Shown here piece after piece: positions 26,641-38,539 of a stretch of DNA of 64,000 nucleotides. The DNA is taken from contig JAQFVV010000006.1 in the NCBI GenBank assembly GCA_028023455.1, forward strand, positions 9,362,001-9,426,000. Reading direction: 5' to 3'. The notes beneath the pieces were generated by a model that was given only the letters and a program-made list of their open reading frames with translations, was not told the origin of the DNA and did not search any database. The position numbers were made by a program, and so were the translations under genes. Each line of letters begins with the position of its first letter. The stretch's first letter is position 1. This stretch comes from Epiperipatus broadwayi. Its lineage: Eukaryota; Animalia; Onychophora.

Positions 26641-27449
26641 GAAGAGGTTTTGGAATGCTGTGACCTATTTAAACACAATTTTATAACTATGTGTAATTGT
26701 AAAAAAAGTCAAACCATACATTTGTATATATATATTTTTTAATTAAATTCCTTATATCATACAAATATTAAACATGTTACATATATACAATGACAGTTTA
26801 ATACACTAGGAAATTTTCTAATATTTACAAAATATGAGAGTAAAATTAAAAAATACAAGTAAACCAAAGATTGATACCATTTCAAAATTTCAAATTGAAT
26901 ATTAACGATATAATAAAAGCAAAAAAAAAAAAAAGAAAAAGTTTCAGACTATTCGTCTAATGTATAACAAAAATCAACTAAAAAAAAAATTCCATATAGT
27001 AATACATATATTAAAACCGATGAAAGGCAGTACTAAGTTTATAACATGCCTAGATATGAAAATATAGTGTGGCGTTCAAAATTTTATGCAAAGTCCATGA
27101 AACAATACCTTTGTCTTCATTATAGAGTTTTTCAGTATATGCATTCTAAAGTTATTAAATATACCAAAACTGAAGGTTATTCTTTTAGTAAAGTAATACA
27201 AAGATAATTGATCTGTTTGGATATATGTACACACACACACAACTGTATACGTACATAGATGAAAAGATTCGGCAGAGTTACAATTGCCATAGAGCTCACA
27301 AGAAGTGTTTAAGTGATTATGATCAATGTAAATTTTCATTCAAAATATATAGATAATTACTAGAGAATAAATTCTTATAACATTATGTTCATTTGTCAAT
27401 ATGAAGTTTTCCATCTTTTTTTTTTATATGGGATGAGAGGAAATTAAAT

Positions 27450-28120
27450 TGATAACGAGATGATTCTTTTCAGATGAACAATTTCAGGGGTTAAAAATTT
27501 TCAGTACTGCTGATTTTCTTATTCATTTAAATTACTTTTATATATTACCAACTCACACGTAGCTTTACAAAAATTCCCATATGTGTGTGAATAGAAATAT
27601 TCACCTACGCTTAAACAGATTTTAATTTGAATATACAATTTTCTGCAGTAGAAAGTGACAGGTGCAAGAGATAAGAGATTCTTTAATCTACCGCATAAAA
27701 AAACTCTGGTTAATTGGATATAATGATCAGACTGCCACTTGGGTGCTGGAGCATTACGAGATTTTACGCTATTAACCATATAGCTTTAAATATACTAACG
27801 GAGATTAAATTGTGTATCAGGGTCAGGAAGTAATGTCAAAGTATTGCCAACAATGATCAAGTAGGTACTGGATTGCACAAACAGCTTTTGGACAAAGAAC
27901 TTATATTTGTAAATGCACTAAGAGAATCGGCAATACTTAGATTTTGCCGGAAGTGTACATAAATCATTGCATGTTTGTGTGTCTGTAACAAATACTTGTG
28001 TGCTAGGCAGTTTAGTTGATTGCAAGTGAACGAATTGAGAATTAGATTCTTATAGCAAAACTTCTTGAGGCGTTTAATCGACACACGACCTGCGCAAATA
28101 ACCACTTGGTTATTTCCTTG
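27450..28120 (+). mobile_element. Decayed ORF, possibly a P-element/THAP9-like transposase
   Basis: KYSPTLKQ..FFNLPHKKTLVNWI..SDCHLG resembles the P-type segment YS..L..FAL.L...S.KAY..LR..F.LP...TL..W...DC.PG. The downstream match is weak. Confidence 0.3.
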
Positions 28121-31100
28121 ATAGTTTTTTAATTGGTTTTGTTTTAAATGCTAACTTCGTGTTATATTAAATATATATAATATGACCACTAGAGGACTGT
28201 ATATCAATATTGTTTTAGTCTTACTGAGGAGAGTTACAGTAAAGTAATAGAAAATTGATTTCCTAAAATAATACCAAGACGTATATAAAATGTCATGGAG
28301 GTATTAAATTTTGGGTGCTAATTATTTTTTTTTTTTAAAAAAAAAAAACCAACAGTTTTTAAAATAAGGTTCTACTGTTGTGGTGATAGGGTTAGGCAAA
28401 TAGACATGCCTAGGGTGCTAATTAATTGGTGCCACATGTTGACATGCATTTATTTCAACCATTTTGAATTTATTTAAGATTTATCAATGGGCATGACAGA
28501 TTTCTCTTTTTGTGCCAATCGGCTACTATCTCATGATGGAGGCAGGGGTGGCCTGCCTAGGGTATTACAAAAGCCGACTATAATTATGTATATTTCAAAA
28601 GAAAAGAACATTATAAAAATGTATATATATATTTAAGGGGATAAATAATGAGAATCTATATCATCAAGCTTTTTGTTTATACTAATATAAAAATAACAAT
28701 AATCAACATTTGTTTATGAACGAGTTTTTGATAATTATTAATATACCCCTTTCCCCAATGTTTCTCTTGCATCTCCAGCCAACTATCTTTTTTTTTGGGA
28801 ATGGGGAAGCGAAATAAATTTCTAATATTATGTAAACTCGTAAGTATTATATCTCGACTTATATTTTACAATGTGCTAATATTTTTTTTTGTATCCATAT
28901 TTTTACATAATAATGAAAATCTAATCCATTTCACAACAAAGAAATTAATATCAATTTTTTTTTTTTTTGAAATGTTATCAATCCAAGTAAGAATTCGAGC
29001 GAACAATTTTTCAAGATTAATAAGTTGACAAAATTATTTCAAAATGTTAATAATTTAAAAAAAACTTTACTTTTACATAATATTGTCAACTAATATTCGT
29101 AACCTTAAAATATTATTTAAAACTATAGATAAAGATATCCATGTAAAAAAAATAAAACCCTGCAGAAGTTTTTAATTACATTATTGTTCAAAACCTTGAA
29201 AGATTAACATTCATGAACGGTAACGAAAATTAACAAAGAGATAAAAACACAAAAAATGTATACTTTGGCTCATCAAGCCAAATCTGGAATACAGAATCTT
29301 CAATGGTAGCTAAAATATTGTTAAAAAATAAAAAAAATCATAATAAAAAGGATGGGGGAGGAAGAAAATATGTCGTGTCATATGGAAAATGACGCTATAA
29401 AAATTTGACATTACAAAAATAAAGAATTTATAATGTTACAATGTTTAACAATCTTTTTCTTATTTACTTTACTACACGGCAGTATTTCTATTAACAATAT
29501 GCTAGAATATACAGAAATAAACATGATTACACAAAAATAAATCTTTTTTAATCCTAAAATACATTTGGAAGACAAGTATAGAACCTAAATTGGAATGTAT
29601 ACTGGTTGTATTTGATCTGACTTCTTAGACGATGCCATGATTGTACTTTTAATAATCTTAACTATGGAATATCACCGGGAATAGTTAAAGGCAATAAGAA
29701 TGCAGTCTCAAGAGATATCGGTTTATAACCAAATTGATTGAATTCCAATTTAGTCATTTTCCATATTTCACAATTTTAAATGCATTCTGTGGAATGCCTT
29801 TTCAGTCACTTTTAATCAATTTACAAATATTTTATTATTTGGATTTATAAAAATATGTAAATATTATAACAAAATCCGTACTCAACTTTTATACATATAT
29901 ATATAGCAGATTGTCTTTTTCTAATTTAAAATAATAAAAAACCAATACTCAAAAAATATTTAATAATTCATCATGTAAACATTAGTTCCTAATTTGGAAT
30001 GTGTTAATAATCTTTGATAAAGGACTATACTACCAATATATAGATATTGGAATGCACAAATTGATACCTTAGATTTAGGGGAAAGGACTTTTAAATGTAC
30101 CTGCGATGAAATAGCATTTAAAAACCAAAATTGTGAATAATAATGAACTGTATTATATATATATATGTATGTTTGACACACACATATGTAGGTGTGTAGA
30201 CATACTACATACATGTATTAAACATATAACGTGTGTGTCTATATATTGTGCATGCACTACTACGAACTACAAAAATATTAACAAATCTAAAATTATTTTT
30301 TTATTAACAACTAGTTTTATTTAATATCTTTTTTGAACTGTAAATGATTGAAATCACGAATATGAAAATTGCACAGGAGAGTATACTATAAGTTTCCATT
30401 ATATGTATATAGAAATAATACTAAAGAGGAGTTTCATGGACCAAAACTAATTTTAAATTTCATTGATGAAAAAAAAAAGTTTTAGAATTTTTCAAAATTT
30501 AAAAACATTTTCTTAAGCATTTTCAATTGTTAAAATAAAACACACGAATAAATATTAAAATTTATATCGTAAGAATGCTTTAAATGCAATTGAACTATTA
30601 CTGCATTGGCAACCTTTCACAGTAGAATACGAATTATAAAGACTGTTTAGTACCAATTTATTGAACGATCATTCAATAAATCAATCAACGATCACATTTT
30701 TGAAACAATATAGCAGATATTTAAATATAAAAAAAAACACATTGAGTGCAGTATAAAATTTACTTCAGATTACACAATTACAGATATTTAACCATAATAA
30801 TAATTACTAAGAAATACACGAATAGCCATAGATTTAAAAAAAAAAAATCAATTCTAGTGAGAACCTGGGAAACTAGAGAAAACGACACATTCCGCATAGT
30901 TTCCCAATACCCAAGGCTACACATTTGAATGTTGTGGTTACATTTCTTTTGAAAATGGTAGAAGTGATAGTAATCCAAATTTTGTGGATTCTATCTCGGC
31001 TGAAATGGTTTGACGTAATATAGATAAACCCCATTAAGAAAATGGTAACACTGCTGCATGACAACAGTTTCTGAAGGGAAAAAAGACTTTAGATGAAAAA

Positions 31101-32595
31101 TTCCTTCCAATATTTAATTGCTATAAATATTTATAAGAGCAAATTAGGAATAAGAATAAAGCAGAAATCTCTCTTTTCAGGGCTAAAAGGGTAATCAAAA
31201 ACATATCACTAGAATCTTGATAAAATTGATAGTACTGTCTTCATCTTATATCCATAGTTTCAATAAACTGCACTTCAAAAAAAAAATTATAAAAAATAGA
31301 TATCAATAAAAAAAAAAAATTTCTATTTTCTAACAGCTAACTTTTTAGTTCACGGCACGTACAAGAAAAACATATATATAGTTGTCTGTAGACCTAAACT
31401 CCATAGAATATTATTTTTCTAAGTCTACTTATTAACTTTCTATATTTAATGTATATCTAACAAATTACAATGTTCTTTCTTAATAATGCTTTGATTTTAA
31501 TACTTTGTCATTACTAATTTATTCTATGACTTTGATACTATTATTATTTGTAATTTGTAACTTTCAAATGAGCAAGTTTTATATACTTGAATATGTGTGT
31601 ATGCATGTGTATGTACAAACACTAAAGCATACACATTTACAAATATATTTAAAAAGTTTTTTTTAAATAATTTGTATCATCTGTTTAAAAAGTTGTTTTT
31701 CTTCTTGTATATTATTTATGTCTAATTGTTCTTATTTTATTTAAAGAGGTTAAGAAGGGTTTCACTCTAATGTTAAAGTTGAGAAAGAAAGATAAGATCA
31801 ATTTTGACATAACTCAATGTGAGAAATATGGGGGGATGAGAACAATGACTCATTAGTAAGTTATTATAATTACAAAGAGACCGCAGATTGTTTGGACCAC
31901 ACCAAATAATAAACTTTGAAGAAATATAAAGATCAAAGAAAAGATTGTAAAGCAGCTGCACTGATGAAGTATAATTTATAGATAACCAGGTGTTTCAATA
32001 ACAAAATGTGTGTGATGTCATCAAAAGCCTATCACATATATAGTCTGAAAAATAAGACATTTGAGTATAATAAGTCTTATTGCCTCTTAGAAGCCATGCA
32101 ATTACACCTGGGTCTCGTTTTATGCGGATTTTTTTAACACAATTTAGAAGTTATGCCATTCACATTTCTTCTTAATATATTTTTATGCAATAAAAATTAT
32201 TTGATCGTAAGTCGAACTCTGATAGTGCGCTATTACTTTAAATATAAATCTCTGCACACTCACACATCATATTTAAAGTTATAGCGCATTATTGGAGTCC
32301 GATTTCTATCTAATAATTTCAATACTGTACTTTCAGTGCTTTATAATACTGTACTGTAATAGATTTTGTGATAAAGAAGTTCATAATTCACTTAAAATCA
32401 GGATTTCCCCATTTATATACACACTTAAATTTTACAAGCTTAGAATGTAAATCTGTTCAAACGTTATTGATGCCTGTACTATGCACGTTGTTGTTTTTGC
32501 ATTTTAAATCACATTCTATTTTTGCTTTTTAATTAAAGAGTATGTAATCAATTAATCATTTAGTGTCCGCAAGTTTATTTTTAAAAGGTGAGTGA

Positions 32596-32776
32596 CAGTG
32601 GTAGGCACAATTAAATTTGACAAAAATTAAAATCTGATTTTTAATTGTAGTTAACAATTTAAAAATTAACATGATGTGAAACAATTAATGAAATTTGCTT
32701 TTTAAACGGAATTGAAAATTAAAAATAAGAATTTAATTATTAATTGTTAATTTTAATTAAATTTTGTCCAACACTG
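32596..32776. mobile_element. 181 bp hAT-type MITE nested in the Tigger 5' region
   Basis: TIRs CAGTGGTAGGCACAATTAAATT / AATTAAATTTTGTCCAACACTG, with an 8 bp TSD GTGAGTGA / GTGAGTAA. Confidence 0.7.
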
Positions 32777-32845
32777 GTGAGTAAAGTCTTTTTATTATCA
32801 TAAGTTTAAGTTCTTATTTTTATTTTAAACTTTTAGTTTATCCTA

Positions 32846-34588
32846 ATGGAGAGGGAAAAACACCCAAGAAAAGGAATTTCTTTGGAAACAAAAATTTCAA
32901 TTTTAGATCGCTTAGCGAGAGGGGAAGGATCAACAGCGATTGGAAAACATTCTAGTTTAGGCGAGTCAACTATAAGAGCAATTTAAAAAAATGAAGATGC
33001 AATAAGAAAATCTGTCATTTTTGGCACAAAATTAAATGCCAAATTATCACGATATTCAAGAGATGATTTATTAGAAAAAATGGAACGAGTGCTCATAATC
33101 TGGATTGAAGAATTATCTCAAAGAAGAACTCCTTTAAACACTGATTTAATTCAATGAAGAGCTCTTCAGTTTTATGAACAAATGAACGATTCCGAACCAT
33201 TTGCTTCTCGGACTAATAGGGAATTTTTGGCTAGCAAAGAATGGTTAACAGGGTTTTTAAAAAGAAATGCACTACATAAAGTGAAGATTACAGGCGAGGT
33301 TGCATAGGCAGATGAAAAAGCTACCAAAGATTTCCTGAAGAATTAGCAAAAGTTATTGAAGATGGTGGATATTGTCCATACCAAGTATTTAATGCTGATG
33401 AAACAGGACTATTTTGGGAGGAAATGCCTAGTCAAACTTATATCACAAAGTCTGAGAAAAAATCCAATGGGATTAAAGCAAGCAAAGATCAAATAACATT
33501 GTTACTTTGCAGCAATGCATCAGGAGACTCGGTGCTGAAACCTCTTATGGTAAACCAATATTTAAGACCATGCACTTTAAAAGGTAAAGATAAAAAACAA
33601 CTGCAAGTACACTGGATGGCTAATACAAGGGCTTGGGTGACAATTGCAATATTTACTGACTGGTTTAATAACTGCTTTTTACCAGAAGTGGATATGAAGC
33701 AAAAAGGTCTGGATTTCAAAATTTTTATTACTTGTTGACAACACACCAGGTCATCCACATTTATAACATCCAAATGTAAAGGTTATGTTTTTCCCACCTA
33801 ATACAACAAGCATTATTCCACCATTAGATTATGGCACAATTGCAACTTTTAAACAATATTACGTTAAACGCACTTTTCAATTTATATTAGATAAATTAGA
33901 AAATGAGTCAATAGCGATAACTCACATTTGGAAAACATTTACAATCTTTGACTGTAAAAATCATGCTGCATTTGCTGTTACTCAAATAAAACCACATACT
34001 TTAAATGCCTGTTGGAAAAAGGTTTGGTCTACATGTTTTGAAAACAGTGCAGCCATTTCAACATCGGCATTATCAGATGAAATAATTACTTTGGCACATG
34101 ATTTTGGTGGAGAAGGTTTTGATTCCTTTAGCCAGAATGATATCGAATAATTGCTCGAGGATAATGCCTTAAATGACAGTGATATTATTGCAATAAGTTT
34201 AGATACTGTAGAATATTTAGAAAAAGATAATGAAACAGAAGTGGAACCTGTTCCTTTAACAGCAAAAATGATTCGAGGTCTTCCACTTTGTAATCAACTG
34301 GAAAATCATTTTCTTGTAAATGACACTAATTATGAATGCGCTCTTAAATTCCAACAAGAGCTAAATAGTTGTATGTCTGGATATTACGAGCTTCATAAAC
34401 AATTAGTAAAATCATCATCTCTAAGTTTAATCACCAATTACATTGTCACCAGAAAACCATTAACACAGCACGAGACTGAAGTTGGTGCTAGTTTATTTCC
34501 TCTTGTGACGAATCTGATTTCTTACCAATTCACAAACAAACCCGCATATTGTCAAATAGCGATAATGATTAAAATACTGTATGTATGA
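32846..34588 (+). pseudogene. Tigger transposase pseudogene (HTH-psq, CENP-B/Tc5 HTH, DDE_1)
   Basis: Reads MEREKHPRKGISLETKISIL..GESTIRAI*..FLASKEWLTGFLKRN..VFNADETGLFW..ASKDQITLLLCSNASGD..FFPPNTTSIIPPLDYGTIATFKQYY, with several in-frame stops and frameshifts. The 3' end is approximate. Confidence 0.92.
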
Positions 34589-35249
34589 AAAAATGTAAAA
34601 TACTATAAATTATACATAAAAACATATTGTTTTGAATAAAATTAAATACTGTAGTTAATGAAAAAAGGAAAAAAAGTTTGTCTTGTATCAATTTTTTTCA
34701 AATACAATACGTATTTGAAATTTTTTATTAGTCATACTTTATTTCCTTTTTTTTTTTTTTTATGCGAATTTTAAAGTAATTTTACCTTGTTGCTTTGGTT
34801 TTATGCAATTTTTGAAAATTATGGAACATATCCCACATTTTTCAAGATAAGTCTATTTTTGTTGATTTCTTTTATGCGCGTTTTCTGTGGAACCTATCTA
34901 CCGCATAAAAAGAAACCTGAGTGTATTTTTATATTTGAAGGTTTCTACAGCAACATGGAGGGGTGGAAAGATATTTTGTTGAACGGTCCCAACGGCCGAT
35001 CCAAAGAACTCTATGCACATCGGAAGAGTTAAAATCTAAAAGAAAATTAACAAATAGCTATGGCTGATCTCCAAAGTTCGAAGAAGACTTGTTATTGCTT
35101 CACCTATGCTGTTGCTGAATTCAAATAAAAACAAAGTAAAAATGCTGAAATTTATATTAAAAGCAGAAAATATCCATTTGTCTATAAAAGTAATCATACC
35201 CAGAGCAGAAGAAATGCGTTAAAATGATCCCTAAAGAAACACAATTTAT

Positions 35250-35500
35250 ATCACAGCATCATCATCATCGCAGTAATGCAGAAGAATTGCAAACCCAAAC
35301 CAGAAATAGAACTTTTCCAGTAAACCGCTGTAATTGATAAATCTATACATGTTAAACATTGGTATGTGGCTGAATTCAAATTCTTCACCTTGAACAAGCT
35401 GACTTCAAAATGAAATTTGTTGGACTCATTGAAACTGTCTCTCCATCGAAAATAAAAAGAACTTGGTGATATCAATTTTAATTTTGTTTTCTTAATGACT
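35250..35500 (-). mobile_element. Short RTE-like LINE relic
   Basis: YWKSSISGLGLQFFCITA resembles the RTE segment IWKS.ISR.LKL.FFRAT, and the stretch ends near (GAT)n. Confidence 0.3.
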
Positions 35501-36284
35501 ATTAACAATTCCCTTTTAAATAAATCCATGTCTCTTTCTCTCTTAAAAAAATACGAATTGATTATTAGAAAAGATTTGTCAATAATGATGAATACTGACT
35601 TTATTAGCATAATGTGTATTATTTGATTACCATTACCTGTAACCATTTATATATGTATTTTTTGATAAAAGTCTTTTTTATTATGTATTAATTCAGATAT
35701 CATAAGAAATGTATTACTCTTATCATATATAAAGGTTGAATACAAGATTTATTAATGGGAAGTAACATATATATACACCCACACCCCTAGTGATATAAAT
35801 ATGCCCATATGAATACGTGTTGAGTATAACGGTACAAATCGATAAGAGTAGAAATTTAGCATCGTGAGAGATAGATACTAAAGTAGTGAGTAACCTAGAT
35901 TAATGGAAGTTGAGATAAATAATTTGAAAACGATTTCTTTAGATATTCTTATCTTTATAATTCAACTAACTTTCCTCTACTTATTTCTTGATTATTATTT
36001 TCTAAGATTATAGATATAAAAATATGTTATATGCAATACGCGAGTATGTGCGTGGTATCGGGTGTTTATTTCAAAATTAAAATGTTTCTATGATACGTGA
36101 TTTCTATTCACCCACTAAAGATATGAACATAAACATATGACACTATATAATATTAACGATTGAGTTTAAGTTTCATTAAGGGGAAAGGGGGGGGGGGAGA
36201 CTTTTGGTTATTATTATTATTATTTGAATGTAACTAATTTTATTATTAATTATATAATTTTTTTTTTTTTTTCCATATGTCAAA

Positions 36285-36356
36285 TGCGCTGACCGGGAAA
36301 CGAACCTAGGTCAGCTGCTTGGAAGGCAGCTATGCTAACCACTAGGCCTCCAATGC
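36285..36356 (-). tRNA. tRNA-Gly(TCC)-derived copy, probably a pseudogene or retrocopy
   Basis: GCATTGGAGGCCTAGTGGTTAGCATAGCTGCCTTCCAAGCAGCTGACCTAGGTTCGTTTCCCGGTCAGCGCA. The anticodon arm is intact (CUGC-CUUCCAA-GCAG). It shows U8>A, A58>U and mismatches in the acceptor, D and T stems, and is followed by a 12 nt trailer and an A-tract. Confidence 0.8.
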
Positions 36357-38012
36357 TTAAATGAGGCTTATATATTTCTTAGAGTTAATCATTGTCTTGT
36401 GAAATTAGTTTAGTCATCATCATCACTGATGGATTTCAATCATTAAAACAGTGTAAATACGACAACATTTTGGTAAATAAATTATAGATTGATAAAAGAT
36501 ATGATTTGTGTTGTGAGTTAGGCATAAAGCTGTGGCTGGAAGCATCATTATCATCATCATCTTATTAATTAATAAATAATCTAAATAAATGTGTTTAATG
36601 GCCATATATAAATAATGGTTCTCACTGTGTTTGTTTATTATTTGTGAGCCATCATAAAAGATAATGACTACCATCAAAGATCACTCAAGATTTAATGAAT
36701 TGCCATTGATAATCTATAGTATTAAATCTGAACTAGTAAAAACTTATATTATTAAATATGAGCTTGAAAGATTTATAATGATAAACTATTATCTACATAA
36801 GAAGTTGTCTTAGAGTTTGCACAAGAATTAGTATGCTCAGATATGGAGTAATATTAATGATTTACCATTAATAAAAGTGCAAATGATACTGTTATGAAAT
36901 GAAAAATCCTACATACTATTATAAATAATGTACCAGCTGAGGTTCAAACCAGATATGATTATAAATTGGTATCTAATGTAACTTTATCTAGGTTTAGATA
37001 GCCTAGTGCCCAGATATACAGATATATATATATATAAGAAAGCAATAAATAGAGAGTAAAATGGATAGTTGTAGAATGATTTGTCCAATTGGGATGTAAA
37101 ACTGCTTACATGGTTATTGGTAATTGATCTAAAATCATTGATCCGTTGCGAACGACTGCCCCAATGGAGGAGTAGTAAGGAAATGTATTTTGTCTAGATT
37201 AATTTCATATTCATTTACAAATGCTAGCCAAATCTGCAGGCTATTGAATAAGGACATGGCAGTATAAAGATGCTTTTCATTCAGTTACAATGGTCTAGAT
37301 ATTTTCATTCCGTTACAATAGATAATGACATGACTAAATTGGTATTGAAATAAATCATTTGATAGAAAAGTCTGGCAGTGGCTAAAATGGAACACATGAT
37401 ATCCTATATATATCGTATATAATATAATGAAGTGGATGTGAATCTAATAAAATATTTACTCTACCAATATCAATAACCAACTCTAACGTATTTTACAGAA
37501 TCAACTATTATTTTAAATTATATAAATAATAATAGAATTTTACAATGCTGACAGATAATAAATAATACTTGGAGCAATAAACTTTAGAGCACTGTCCATA
37601 TTAATGCAACATCGCTTAATACCAAAATCAATCATGCTAGGATTGTCAATTAAAATAACAATAGCTATGGGTGCAACATTGATACTTTATTACTAGGGTG
37701 AGGAGTAATGCAGTACAACCAGTGCTGTAAAATTCTATTGTACACATTTAATATTTGACAGTTTGTTTGCAAGATTATTAAAACAAAAAGAAATTAGTTC
37801 TGCTTTGTATATTTAAATGCAAGCCAATTTGAATGAAGATAGAATCACACCTTGATGACATGATATCTGCCCTTGTAATTATAACTATCCTGATTTAGAT
37901 GCATTCAATAGTAACAAACAAAAGTGGATTTGTTTTCTCACCTGACTGACAGGGGCACTGCATTAATATACCCAGTCCTCAGTGGTTTATCATTCCAAGT
38001 GATTATTTATAT

Positions 38013-38317
38013 CAGGGATAGTCAATCTTTTTATACCTACTGCCCACTTTTGGATCTCTGTTAGTAGTAAAATTTTCTAACCGCTCACCAGTTCCACAGT
38101 AATGGTGATTTATAAAGTAGGGAAGTAACTTTACTTTATAAAATTTATAAAGCAGAGTTACAGCAAGCTAAAGCATATAAACCTCTATGAAATTTTTTTA
38201 AAAAGTCAATTAAATGTTTAAAAAAAAGTGCTTCAGTGTCGGACAAAACCCTTACCGCCCACTATGAAGGCTGGAACGACCACTAGTGGGTGGTAGGGAC
38301 CAGATTGACTACCATTG
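38013..38317. mobile_element. 305 bp non-autonomous hAT (Charlie-type) MITE
   Basis: 16 bp TIRs CAGGGATAGTCAATCT / AGATTGACTACCATTG, with a perfect 8 bp TSD ATTTATAT (38005-38012 and 38318-38325). Confidence 0.9.
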
Positions 38318-38539
38318 ATTTATATTATCATCAAACTACATGATCTATTATCCACTTTTTTGCATCCTTATAAAAAAAATACCTAAATTTATCATTTTAA
38401 TTCTTAACAGTTTATAAGATAATAATGAAATCCCAATATAACGTATGTACAAAGAGTTTTGAAATATTTCCAAATACGAAGCCATTTACGTCTTTGTGAA
38501 AATGAATTTTAATTACAGTTGTTCCTTGGTGCTGAAACG

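Larger units (their letters stand above)
32105..34923 (+). mobile_element. Full-length but defective Tigger/pogo DNA transposon (2819 bp)
   Basis: TIRs are CACCTGGGTCTCGTTTTATGCGG (32105) and CCGCATAAAAAGAAACCTGAGTG (ends 34923). TA flanks both ends, and TTTTATGC repeats occur subterminally. Confidence 0.92.

Noticed and set aside
34787-35032. 81 aa ORF spanning the Tigger right end
   Set aside because: A chance frame across the TIR and flank, with no protein signal.
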